A DNA stretch of 64,000 nucleotides. Source: Albugo candida (taxonomy: Eukaryota). The position numbers and the translations under genes are program-made. The DNA lies in contig JBDOQK010000011.1 of assembly GCA_040437565.1 (NCBI GenBank), forward strand, positions 62,001 through 126,000, written 5' to 3'. The notes beneath the pieces were generated by a model, which was given only the letters and a program-made list of their open reading frames with translations, was not told the origin of the DNA and ran no database searches. This document shows positions 38,015 to 50,158 of this stretch, one piece after another; the first letter of the stretch is position 1; every line of letters begins with the position of its first letter.

Positions 38015-40511
38015 ATGACCCTCGAAAACGAAATGACAGCACTCGGTAATTCTCTACTTCTTCCCACCTTTTGCATCGCCATAAACACCTATTCATATGT
38101 GCAGATTTCAGTGATTATGCATACTCAAAAGAGTATAACTTTGAAGATTTGATCTCAGTCAACGCGGCATCAGAAGATTACGATTTGCTATCACTCATCT
38201 CAATTCTACCCAGCAATCATTCGACTGGTATGAAAAACGCTTTAGAGAATCAAAAGACCGATTGGTTATCGCATTCTTCCAATCCGATCGCATCGATGGA
38301 AACAGAAAAGATTTATCAATGGAACAAGTCTGTCGATAAAGTGCTCGCTACCGACGCAATTTGTGTAAACTCGAACAGTTTTGTATCGTTTGATCAATGC
38401 TTTACAGGTGAAAAGCAATCCGACCTTTCTTCACAGCCGGATGTGTGGACGGAAGAGGAACAATCACTTTTTTATGATATCATGCAAAACGTCAGCGTGC
38501 CAGATGTTCAAGGCGTTCAAAATGAAGCGTTATCTGAGTCAGAAACACCAAGTCCACAGTCCACCGTACTGTCATGCTTCAAGATCCTTCATGAAAAACT
38601 CGAGGGAAAAACAATGGAGCAGATCGGCTCGTATTATATTCAATTGACCAAGCACATACAGCTTTTATTAGAGAAAATTAAACGGAAATTGGATACATCT
38701 GATGCTGCGCAGACTCTGATAGCAGTTCAGTGTTGGAGTAGACTTCACTCTCGATCGGACAACAGACTGTAAGAGAACTTTTCTCAATTTTTTTCTTCAT
38801 CAGTTTGACCAAGGTTTTGCAGACCAGAGTCGATTGTGAAGTATTCAGGACGTCAACTTGCACATCAGCTGCTTAAAATGATTGATGCAAGTCATGGCCA
38901 TATAATCGAGCTGGATGCTTCCAAGTCTCATTCTGGCTCATCCTCACCGGATTCTCAATCGAATGTATTTTCTGGTAGCCTGTTAACCACCAGTGTGAAA
39001 TCAAAGACACAGCAAATCGATTACGAACAAGATTCGTATTTCTGGAGAAGTCCTAAATGCGTCGAACATTATCCTCCGGTAAGAAGGAAGCGACAACGAT
39101 CAGCATCTACCAAAAGTATAAATGCTATGAAGAAACCCCGACAGATTTTACCACAGCATACAAATACTAACACCGGCGAGAATAGGAAAATTTTGCGAGG
39201 TCGTCTGAAGCATGGAGAAGCTTTTGCCGACCAAAATGAGGATTCCTCAAAACAAAAAATGGCTATCAAAATTCGAATGATCCCGCTCGATGATACTACA
39301 AAGAGAACAGTTGCAAAATGTGGATTGAATCCCAAAGTGGAACTCAAAGTATCTTCTACCAAGCGAATCCTCCACGTTTTACGTCATATGCAGAAAAAAT
39401 GGGACATCATTCAATCCACGTATTCTAATCTTGCTGGCAGCTCACTTTGTTTTTATCCCGAGAGTGAGCGCCACGGGATAGAGAAGGGTGCAAAAGATAT
39501 CAAAATTGATCAGAATAGCACAATTGGTCGTACGTGGACATGCCTCCAGCTATGGGGAAAATGGGGTGAGGCNNNNNNNNNNNNNNNNNNNNNNNNNNNN
39601 NNNNNNNNNNNNNNNNNNNNNNNNNNNNNNNNNNNNNNNNNNNNNNNNNNNNNNNNNNNNNNNNNNNNNNNNCCACCAGTGTGAAATCAAAGACACAGCA
39701 AATCGATTACGAACAAGATTCGTATTTCTGGAGAAGTCCTAAATGCGTCGAACATTATCCTCCGGTAAGAAGGAAGCGACAACGATCAGCATCTACCAAA
39801 AGTATAAATGCTATGAAGAAACCCCGACAGATTTTACCACAGCATACAAATACTAACACCGGCGAGAATAGGAAAATTTTGCGAGGTCGTCTGAAGCATG
39901 GAGAAGCTTTTGCCGACCAAAATGAGGATTCCTCAAAACAAAAAATGGCTATCAAAATTCGAATGATCCCGCTCGATGATACTACAAAGAGAACAGTTGC
40001 AAAATGTGGATTGAATCCCAAAGTGGAACTCAAAGTATCTTCTACCAAGCGAATCCTCCACGTTTTACGTCATATGCAGAAAAAATGGGACATCATTCAA
40101 TCCACGTATTCTAATCTTGCTGGCAGCTCACTTTGTTTTTATCCCGAGAGTGAGCGCCACGGGATAGAGAAGGGTGCAAAAGATATCAAAATTGATCAGA
40201 ATAGCACAATTGGTCGTACGTGGACATGCCTCCAGCTATGGGGAAAATGGGGTGAGGCCGATAGAAGAGATAATATAATCCAACTCTTGTACGTGTGGGA
40301 TAGTTGCAATACAAGCGGAATCACGCAAGCCAACTCTTCCTGGAAACAAGCTGATGATTTTGCTACGAGCAAGACCGATGTGGGGGAGGCCTGGAATCCG
40401 ATCCAAGACGATTTCCGATCAAATCAAGACTTTGGACTGCCTAGCCTGGCATCTCTCCATCCAGGCTTTCCGTCTAGTCACACAGTCCAGGCAAAGCTGC
40501 CGAGTGAGTAA
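38015..40511 (+). CDS. Cramped/TSL-kinase-interacting protein 1-like SANT protein (multi-exon; 38986-39572 duplicated across the gap)
   Basis: SANT-like WTEEEQSLFY...KTMEQIGSYY and the motif IKIRMIPLDD...GLNPKVELKVSSTKRILHVLRHMQKKW. Introns 38046-38104 and 38769-38822. The 3' end is uncertain. Confidence 0.7.
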
Positions 40512-40776
40512 ATCGCTGAATATTTCAGCAACGTTTGCCTGACTCGATTCTTTTATAGAAATAGCGCCAGCAGAGCCAGAGATTATACAATCACGAGAAA
40601 ATACGCAGGCAAAATCGCACATATTCGCTGATTTACAGAGGGATACTTCAAGAAATCCGAAGAAACCTCCTCAATCTCATCGGCGTCGTATCGTTCCGAC
40701 CTTGGTCCCAAAGCAAGAATTTGACATTTGAGTTTTTGTGTCACTGGATTACACAAGCAGCTGGCGCAGTTTCTTC

Positions 40777-41512
40777 TCAATTCAGCGATTGATTGCATAA
40801 GGGACACGTCGGTGATCGTTCGGTACTGAGAGTTGTGAGAACCCATCTGTCCAGACATTCCAGATGGAATTCATGTTTGCACTTTTGTAAAAGGCGCAAA
40901 ATATCTCCTGTTTGGTACTCTTCGCAGCAGATACTGCACGAGGTATTATTTGCTGGACCTCCACGAAATTCGGTGAGGCGTTCGACGAGTTCTTGTCGCT
41001 CTATACAGTTATCCGCTTGAAGACCTCTGCGAAGAAGACGCTCTTTCAATTCAGAGGTTTTGAGTTGCTGCAATTCATCAAAAGCTTTATATTCTTCCAA
41101 TGGCATCGCTTGGATTGTTCGCATTATTTTATCAAAATGTTGTGCATCTTGGCCAGAGCGTGCTCTCCGTGTATTTGGACCAAAATGTTGTCGAGATTGC
41201 CTGTATGCGTGTGCAAAATACTCTCGCCAGCCTTGTGTCCTTTCCTGCACTCAGTGGAGCGAGTGAGTCTAGCTATTGATACATTTGATGAGATTTACAA
41301 ACCTCATTACGAAGTAGATACAAACTTTTGATAAAACGTAATAGACGAGAAGAGAGAATGAAGAGCAATAATAATAGCGCTATAAGAATAGCTGCATGCA
41401 CTGAAGAATACTCAATATCCAGACCATTTTCTAGCATAGGTACGAGTATCTGAACAAGCACTACCACAGCAATCAGCCATGGATTATCGGACGATTGTAT
41501 CAGAACGAACAT
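40777..41512 (-). CDS. Membrane-anchored RING-H2 E3 ubiquitin ligase (2 exons)
   Basis: Two N-terminal hydrophobic helices, a SAP-like ELKERL..RG....CIERQELV motif and RING-H2 CSICCEEY...C.HEFH..C..W...CPLC. Confidence 0.85.
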
Positions 41513-42316
41513 CGCTGATATTGATATTCTCGAATTACCGGTAGCGAAGGCACCAAAATAAAAGTCCGACTGGCTTTTTCACACTATACGCTCTGGAAAC
41601 AATCAAAGGTGTAGTCTTTATATTGCTTGAAGAAAGCAGATCGACTTGATGAACATCTATTTGAAATAACGGATTACTTTGACGTTATCAAATGAGTTAC
41701 CGATTTTAATTATGATTTTCGTCGAATTTATGTCTGCTTTGGTCGATCCTTTAGCACTGGCTGAGCAAGCATTCGAACACATCGTACTTTGATGATGCGA
41801 AAACCCGCTGGGTAAGTTAAATGTGCATATGAGAATTTATCAGGTTTGATTACATGACTGGCAGGATGCAATATTCTGACACGAGTGGATACTATGAACT
41901 TGTGAAAGAGGCCTTATGGGCGAAAGCAAGGAAGCTTTAAGATTGATACATTCGATCAGACGATATTCTTCACGTTTGTGTCACATTTTACTATGATAGA
42001 AGACGTAGCCTCCTCAAGTAGTCATTACTTTATCTTTCGCATCTTGTACAAGATGATTTATTCGCTATTGCTATTGCTGGTAGTAAAGTTTATCTCAACA
42101 TACTGCGCGATCAAAATAAGAATAAGAATTTACTAATTATGAAATTCCTTGGCCACTCCAAAGCTCAATGCCGAAGTAAAGTCTCCAGCCAACGCTTCAT
42201 CGTTTCTCAATTACACTTCATGATTTCGTAGCCCACGTTTTCTCGTCAGGTTTTCACTTTGACATAGCGTGTTACCCCACATTATATGAGAGACATTTTG
42301 GATTTGTGTAATAAAC

Positions 42317-43160
42317 ATGCTGCAAGTATCAGCATTGATTCCACCCTTCCGATTCAACATAGTAGAGCTGTTGGTCTATCGCGGTTCCTACCCTACGTTG
42401 AAGAATTTTCGTTTTCTTAAGCGTCTCAAACTAAAAACTATTGTTTCCATAACACCAGAAAGCCCAAGTTCTGACGTTCTCGAATTCTGTCAGGAAGAAG
42501 GGATAACACATTATCAGTTCCTTGCTGAAAAGTACTCTTCAGATAATGTGACTGTATCACCAGCAATCGCCTCGCAAATCGTCCACATTCTAATCGATCA
42601 AAGCAAATTCCCGATATACATTCATTGTTTGGATGGCTCTAATGTCACAGGAATCGTCATTATGATACTTCGAAAACTACAGAATTGGACTAAAGTCGCA
42701 ACCATTTCCGAGTTTTGTAGATTTACGCGAGACCACAGCATTGAGAAGAATGAATCCGAGTACCTCGCTACTTTTTGCGAAGAAATCGTTGTTCCAAGCA
42801 AGATCCCTGGATGGTTATGGGGAGGCCATTGTATTCATAAGCATCCAACACTTGTTATTCGACACACTGATTCTAATGGATGTATCTCCGATCCGAATGA
42901 GCTTCTTGTCAGCACGCAGAGGTGATGTACTTGCTTTCAATATCTCGTACTAATTCCACGTTTTTAGTGTATCGGTAGCCAATTGGGAATCTGATAAAGA
43001 GAAGACGGAAATGTTTCTCCGTCGAATGGATGAAGCAACTCGGTCTCGAGCTCACAATGAAGCCATTGACGGTATTGACGAGCTAGAGAATGCCGAAGAA
43101 GTACTGCAGGACATAGTGATTCCCCGGTCATTGGAAGCGCTAGATCTTGCGGGGTTGTAA
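42317..43160 (+). CDS. SIW14/OCA-family (Y_phosphatase2) protein, OCA6-like
   Basis: LIPPFRFNIVE..YRGSYP, LKLKTIVSITPE, HCLDGSNVTG and LRKLQNW. Intron 42922-42967 yields C-terminus SLEALDLAGL*. Confidence 0.85.
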
Positions 43161-43234
43161 TGAGAAAAGATTGGCTCAAAGGACCTCATTTAAAATTATG
43201 ACCCGGATGCAAGAAGATCTATATTTCGACTAGA

Positions 43235-46200
43235 TTATTCTTCATCGCTATCGCTATAAAATTCCCCGCGTGCTTCGGCGTCCTTCTTAGCCTTTTCCTT
43301 TGCCTTCTTCTCCTTACGAGTCAATTTGCGCTTGATCTTGGTTTTGGTGACATTGCCAAACGCGTCAATGACTTCTTCTTCATCTTTTTGTTCGATTTTC
43401 GTCTTGTCTTCAGCTTGTTGACCGTCAATGCTCAATTTACCATCTTCAACGTTCCAGACTTCTTGGGTCAGTGCCGAAGTAAACTCGTTGTTGTGTGAGA
43501 TCATAACAACACCTCCACCAAAGTTCACAATAGCGGCAGCAAGAGCACCCAGTGAATCGCGATCCAGATAATTCGTTGGTTCGTCAAGGACTAAAACGTG
43601 AGGAAACAGCCACATGGCTGCTCCAAGGACCAACTTGACTTTCTGACCACCGGATAGACCGCGTATACGACTGTGAGTTCCGAATTCTGCAGTGAGGCCA
43701 AAATCATCCAAATGTTTCTGCACGGCAATGGCAGTGACGGGACGAGCCTTCATGTTGGCACGAGCTGCTTCACGATCATCTGCAATCTGAATTAGTTTGT
43801 CCCAGCCCCATTTTTCCAACTTTTCTCTGGGAACCCAAGATGTTTCTGTCTCTTTCAACCATTTGATTTCATACTCGAAACTTTTTTTGAATTTACGACG
43901 AGATACGATTTCTTCCAATGTGTGTTTTTCACCTTCCCAGTTAACTGGTTTCTTGATCAGCTCCTTCTCAGCCGGACTCAATTTACGAGTCTCTTTAGCA
44001 AGTAATTCCTTGTCTTCTCCGGATTGAAATCTCCACTGAATATATTGATTTGCAGTCAGATCGAGATGTGCTTCGATGTGATGGAATGCGTTCTGTGCAA
44101 CATAGGCAAATCGTAAGCTTGGATGTTTCCACACAGTTCCACTCGTAGGCTCCACTTCACCAGTCAGCATCTTGATCAAGGTAGATTTTCCTGCTCCATT
44201 TGGTCCCAACACAGCGATTCGACTTGACAAGGCACAAGTGACAGAGATATTACTGATAGACGGTTTGTCTCGTCCAGGATAAGTGTATGAGCAATTCGTC
44301 AGACGGATAATTGGTTTACCCTTGTTCTTGATATCTGCAAGAAAACCCGGTTCAGGAAACTTGAAGTGGAATAATGCGGCTTCCAATTCGTAGTAACTTC
44401 TGGCCTCAGGCTTCACTTTGACAAACTCTGACAAATTACCTTTGTACGTCTTGAGCTTGCGTGCTTCGTAGTGAACAATGTTCGTACAAACATGATCCAA
44501 GAATCCAGGGTCGTGGGATACAATCATACTGGTAACGTTGGGTAAATTGTTCAAATAGTTTTCCAGCCAGGCGACATTCTTTACATCGAGATGGTTCGTA
44601 GGTTCATCAAGAAGCAGAACATCAGCTTGCATCAACATGGCACGAGCGAGTTCTAGCTTCATTTTCCATCCACCCGATAAAGATGAGACCGGTAAATGTT
44701 GCATTTCATCAGTGAACCCGACGCTTGATAAACTATCGCGAACTTCATCTCGTGGTACTTCTTTCAACTCTTCATCACAAAACATGAATTCTATGACAGG
44801 AAGCATCGCTTCAGAAGCCTGCAAATTATGTTCGACAAACACAGTCTTTAGCTCATCTTTAGACGGAAATCCTTCCAGTTGGCCGTTAGCGATGGCTCTC
44901 ATCAGCGTTGATTTACCGCATCCATTTGGACCACAGAGACCATAACGATGTCCTCTCTTCAAACGCAACCGGGCGTTGTTCAGTAGAATCATACCACCAT
45001 ACGCCAAAGAGAACTCACAATTACATAGATCCGGCACACCTTCATCACAATCAACGTCTTCGATGAAGATGGATTTGTTCTCCTTGAAACAGCGGTCACG
45101 AATTTCCGCGGCAATACTTTTCAAATTGTCCTTATCAAGGAATTTTGACAAATATTTAGCAACGATTTGCTCGTACACAACTTTGTTGAAATTGCGTGAG
45201 ACGACCAGGAAAAAACAGATTCCAGCAACGTAATTTATGCAAAAAGAGTCGATGCTTGCTTTCGCCGCTGCGGCATTCTTCGCGAGCGATTCGGTAACGA
45301 TGCGCGATATGTTGTCGTAATCCACTTTCATATCCTCTTCACTGACCTCTACCGATCCTCCTGCAATAAATAACGTGCTGTGTGCCCGCGTCGCAACCTC
45401 TCGACATTCTGGATCAGCTACACTTTCAATGATTTTATTCAAACCAGGGAGAAGTTTAGGCATAAACAATTGCGCTTCTGCGGGATCGTCCATAAGTTTG
45501 CACATATTGTCAATAATAACAGCAGCTTGACGCTTGACCGCAGTCTTTCCCTCTTTCAAAGCTCGTTGTAAAAGAGGTTCCATAATAGAAAGCGCAGGTG
45601 CTTCCACAGTTTTGACGAAAGTTGTAGAAGCAAGTTTGTGAGTACATTCTGCAACCTCTTCAGGATTAGCCAGACAACTGATCAACGCAGGGATAAATGG
45701 CTCAATATCGCCGTTTCCAACCACTTTACATACTTTAGTCATCGTTTCTTTGGCAGTGTCTTTTACATCTTTGCGTGTGTCCCACATGGCTTCAGTAACA
45801 ATAGGAATGATATCAGGCAGACAACGTCCAATTTGAAATGGTGCAATATTGGCCAATTCAGCAATCAAGTCTAAACTTATTTTTTTTGTTTGCCATTTTT
45901 TACTCCTTTCCAAACCAGTAAACAACGCAGGAAGTAATCGGATCGTGTAGTTTTTGTTGCACGAGCTAATAAGCGTAAGTGCCGCTTCTTCAGCGGCTTT
46001 GCGAACAAATATCTTTTTATCTGCAAGAAGATCCAAAATATCGACCAGCAGTGGTGCGAGATACGCTTCCATTCGTTCGGCATACTTTTGCAGCAAATCT
46101 TCAATTACGATACAGACAATAACACGGGCATTAGGATCCGTTCCAATGATTCCTTGCCGTAATTCATTGTGAACAACGCCAAGACTTATGGATGCGTCTC

Positions 46201-46348
46201 CATTGACCAATTCTGATATTTTTTCAGCGGCAGCTTTCCGTTCATCGTCCGATTCGAGTTTGAATGCTTGGTGAAGCGCTTCTGAGAAATGTTTGCTCTC
46301 GTCAATCGCGAGTTTGCTTATTCCATCGTTTGGTGAGTACGGCGCCAT
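43235..46348 (-). CDS. YEF3: Translation elongation factor 3 (eEF3; HEAT repeats plus two ABC domains with chromodomain insert)
   Basis: KWQTK, DIEPFIPALI, LASTTFV, LCNCEFSLAYG, GPNGCGKST, LSGGWKMKL, GPNGAGKST, LSGGQKVK, DEPTNYLDRDSLGAL and a basic tail. ATG at 46348. Confidence 0.96.
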   Translation of the reverse strand: MAPYSPNDGISKLAIDESKHFSEALHQAFKLESDDERKAAAEKISELVNGDASISLGVVHNELRQGIIGTDPNARVIVCIVIEDLLQKYAERMEAYLAPLLVDILDLLADKKIFVRKAAEEAALTLISSCNKNYTIRLLPALFTGLERSKKWQTKKISLDLIAELANIAPFQIGRCLPDIIPIVTEAMWDTRKDVKDTAKETMTKVCKVVGNGDIEPFIPALISCLANPEEVAECTHKLASTTFVKTVEAPALSIMEPLLQRALKEGKTAVKRQAAVIIDNMCKLMDDPAEAQLFMPKLLPGLNKIIESVADPECREVATRAHSTLFIAGGSVEVSEEDMKVDYDNISRIVTESLAKNAAAAKASIDSFCINYVAGICFFLVVSRNFNKVVYEQIVAKYLSKFLDKDNLKSIAAEIRDRCFKENKSIFIEDVDCDEGVPDLCNCEFSLAYGGMILLNNARLRLKRGHRYGLCGPNGCGKSTLMRAIANGQLEGFPSKDELKTVFVEHNLQASEAMLPVIEFMFCDEELKEVPRDEVRDSLSSVGFTDEMQHLPVSSLSGGWKMKLELARAMLMQADVLLLDEPTNHLDVKNVAWLENYLNNLPNVTSMIVSHDPGFLDHVCTNIVHYEARKLKTYKGNLSEFVKVKPEARSYYELEAALFHFKFPEPGFLADIKNKGKPIIRLTNCSYTYPGRDKPSISNISVTCALSSRIAVLGPNGAGKSTLIKMLTGEVEPTSGTVWKHPSLRFAYVAQNAFHHIEAHLDLTANQYIQWRFQSGEDKELLAKETRKLSPAEKELIKKPVNWEGEKHTLEEIVSRRKFKKSFEYEIKWLKETETSWVPREKLEKWGWDKLIQIADDREAARANMKARPVTAIAVQKHLDDFGLTAEFGTHSRIRGLSGGQKVKLVLGAAMWLFPHVLVLDEPTNYLDRDSLGALAAAIVNFGGGVVMISHNNEFTSALTQEVWNVEDGKLSIDGQQAEDKTKIEQKDEEEVIDAFGNVTKTKIKRKLTRKEKKAKEKAKKDAEARGEFYSDSDEE

Positions 46349-46553
46349 CAATTATGTGCTTGCTTTCGTAGCCACAACTTTAAAGGAATTTGAATTATGA
46401 GGGGAGGAAAGAACTCGAGCAAATTTGAGGTTATTTGCTCTCCACCACTCAATTTGGGAACGACTCGACAAAGAAACGGATGTGCGACACGACCTCATGT
46501 GTTTATAGGAGTTCTATATGCGTTTATAGAGGTAATCTGACTGTGGGTTCAAA

Positions 46554-49500
46554 ATGGAATTTCTTGCTGAAGAAAATGACTGCGGGCAGACTTTACTGCG
46601 GCTCGTGAGTCGTGGTAGCGCGATAATAGCCGAATTACTAAGACTATCAAACAACGTCCCCGGGTATGTGACTTGATTATTCCTCCTTCCTTTTCCTTGA
46701 TCAATTTATTTCACATCGTAGAATTTTCCTAGGATCCTCTCATGTCGAAGACCCAGAACAAAAAAAATATTTGGATATTTTATTTGATTTCTCTTACTTG
46801 AAAAATCCTGAGGAGTATGAGAATCTCATAAATAGCAACACAGAATTGCTCGATGTCGATGATGAGTTCATGAATAATCATGAAGATATTCTCGATCGAT
46901 TATATCAGCTGTTTGATGGGATATACAAGGTCTCCCAACGCTATCCTTGTTTCATGCCGCGTTCCGTGCATTGAACTGTATTTGTTACTGTAGTACATCA
47001 GCGACTACCTAGAGTTTCTGGAGAATTTGGAAAAGGGTTTCTTTATCCAGTACACTTTATCAAACATATTGTTAGACACTGATGGCGCACAATTGATGTG
47101 CGAATCGCTCTATTTGTACGGTGTGATGCTTCTTCTATTGGACCGAAAAATACCAGGGCCGGCTAGGGAGAAAATTGTGGTTGCGTATTTCCGGAATAAA
47201 GGGGAATCCGCACTCGAAAATATCGATCAAGTTTGCAAGCTATGTCGTGTTACTGGATACCTACCTGGAAAGGCAAAGCCTCCTCAATATCCAGAACGTT
47301 ACTTCAAACGATTTGAACCACCACAAGAAGTTGTCAATATGGTGATTGGAAAATTACAGTCTGATGATGTCTACCTCCAAGAAACTTCGTTCCCGCATCG
47401 TACTCATAGAAGCACAAGATTATCAGCACAGTCATCAATGCTGTTTGTTATCTTGTATTTTGCACCTGATATACTAATTCATGAGAAAGCTACGATGCGA
47501 GAGATTGTTGATAGGAATTTCAATGAAAATTACATTGTCGCGACGTATATGGGGGCTGTTGCAGATTTATCCGTAGAGTGGGCAGCTTACCCTGCTGCAA
47601 AACTTGCTCTTGCAAATACGCTGGATCCTTCCAACATTGCCCATATCGTAAAAACAAAAGCTCAAGACACAGAGAAATCAATAAAAGAACTAGCTCATTA
47701 CTTAACGGAAGGGGTTCTTACTGAAGAATTTGTGCTCGAAAATCTGGATTACTTACTAAATTGTATACGACATGCGAATGTAACCATCCGATGGACAATG
47801 ATGCATAGCCGGACGCAGCCCGTAATTCCGATGATGAACAATTCAAAAGAACAGCGGCGCTTGTTTGACGAGGGTACAGACCCCGACAAAGTAATCACAT
47901 TATTGCTGAACGTATCTCAACTCGAATGGCGACTCAAGCAGATGTTTGTGGCATTATTAGCCAGCAAAGAACAACGCTGGCAACACTGCATGCGCGAGGC
48001 ATCAGACCGAATGATGGAGTTGAGTGATTATTTCTCAGGTGAAAAACCTCTGACGCGGGTGGAACGCAATGAAGATTTGATGCATTGGTTCAAGGATATT
48101 GCTGAAAAAGTGAATAGTCTGGACTATGTGGATCATATCAAAGCAGGAAGAAGAATAAAGCGTTTAATCGAGGCGTTAGGACATGTGGAACAGTTTGACC
48201 AGATTGACACAAACTTGCAGGTAAAAGTATACTTGGAAGAGTCTCGACAATTCTTGACTGAAATGGTACGCGCTGTTCGTATACGAGACGAAGTCATGGG
48301 AATAATTGAGAATGTTTCAGATCTATCGTATGCATGGGAAATCATCAACGATTTTATGAAAATTCTTCATCAGCGTGTGAAAAGTGATCCTTCTTCTGTT
48401 ATATTGCTTCGAGCAGTATTCCTCAAACTGGCGTCAATCTTGGATGTACCTCTAACCAGAATCCATCAATGTGATTCAGGCGACGTTATCTCTGTAGCAG
48501 AGTACTACTCTGGTGAATTGGTTGATTATGTTCGTCGTGTGATGGAAGTCATTCCGCAAAGTGTATTTAGAATCCTTGCAGGTATCGTCAAGTTGCAGAA
48601 TGACCACATGAAGCCGATTCCGGTCAAGTTTGAAAACACGTTGCTTAAGAATCATTCGCAGCTGAATGAACGATATCGTCTTGCTCGTGCAACAAATGAA
48701 GTATCAAAATACACGGAAGGGATATTAGCAATGAAAAAAACACTTTTGGGAATTATTGAGGTGGATCCTCGTCAGGTGCTTGAAGATGGATTACGCAAAG
48801 AGCTTGTGTATCGCGTGTCACTAGCATTTCATGAGATTCTGATATTTGTGAAGAATACACCTGAAGAGTGTCACGAAGTTTTTGGAAATTTGGCATCCAA
48901 TCTTGATTCGTACCGACTTTCTTTCGAGTATATACAAGATTACATTGGAATCTATGGGCTTCGGATGTGGCACGAAGAGTTGTCACGAATCATCAATTAC
49001 AATGTCGAACAAGAATGTAATCGCTATTTGAAGAAAAAAGTTTACGATCGTGCGTCACAACATCAAAGCCGTGCCATTCCGATTCCTCGTTTTCAGCCTC
49101 CTGAAGGAGATTCAAGTATCAATTTCATGGGGCGGTTAATGCACGCATTATTTTTGATGACAGATCCTCAGCGTACGACATACTCCCCTCAATGTATTGG
49201 ATGGTTTTCTGCTGACGGAAAAGAAGTATGTGGAATAAGAGCGTCTTCAGTCTTGCATCAGAGTGTTGGTCTGCTGGGTCTGACCGGTTTGGATCGTATG
49301 CTTTCTTTCCGCATTGTTCATACACTGAATAATCTGGTCAAATTCTGGAACGTTGCGGTCACTCCATACTTTCCGCTTCTTGATCAGCTGGTCAAGGCCC
49401 TCACTCCTGACTGGAAAATACCAGATAATGCATCACGCTTGTACAGTTCTGCAACTAAAAAAGTGGAAAAAGTCATGAGCAAGCTGTTGAAGGCTGTCTT

Positions 49501-50158
49501 GATTATTGGCCAAGCAGCACTTATCAGACGCCAAATCAGTAGCGAACTTCTATTTTCGAGCAGAATGGATGCCAATTTACTGTCCAACACATTGGACGCA
49601 CTTAACATGTCCCTTTTGCAAGACATTCGAGCGCATTGTCGTGATCCAAAAAACAATCCATATCCAGGATCCGAAAAAAATCCTATCCTTCCCGAATTGA
49701 ACAAATACTTGGAAAACATAGGTGCAAATGATCCATTCCAGAGGCTATACATCACATTAGACGCGCCACTCGAGGGTCTTCCTTGTTTGTTCATGTTGTT
49801 TGTGATCGCTTATATGCCGAAACTAGAATACGATCGGGATTTCGGGACTCTAGCTCGTGTTGGTAAAAACCCTATCGATGGTGAGCCATTCTTAGTGGGT
49901 ATCTTGACAGTTTTCAAGCAATTTCATACATCGTTTACAGAAAAGTTTTTGGCATATCTCGGGCAATACGCACGTGCCATGATCAACGATTTTTTTGCCG
50001 ATAAAGAAAGAAGGGTCAAGCATCCAAAAGAATCATTACCTGCTGGAATTGTAAATGTTCTCATTTTTATGCTTGAGTTTGCTCGCTGTGCCAAAATACG
50101 ACGGACGTATCTGGATTCTCTCGTCCCTGCATATGTTTTTGATGCAATAATAGCATGA
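46554..50158 (+). CDS. WASHC5: WASH complex subunit strumpellin (multi-exon)
   Basis: [68 protein letters not shown] and FEYIQDY. Two short introns in the 5' part. Confidence 0.96.

Noticed and set aside
38986..40258. Apparent duplicated gene or domain (ORFs 38836 and 39681)
   Set aside because: Identical sequence on both sides of a 100-N gap; one gene.
41730..41940. Short ATG frame ending in TGA-TGA, considered as selenoprotein or readthrough
   Set aside because: No redox motif, no SECIS seen and no supporting downstream frame.
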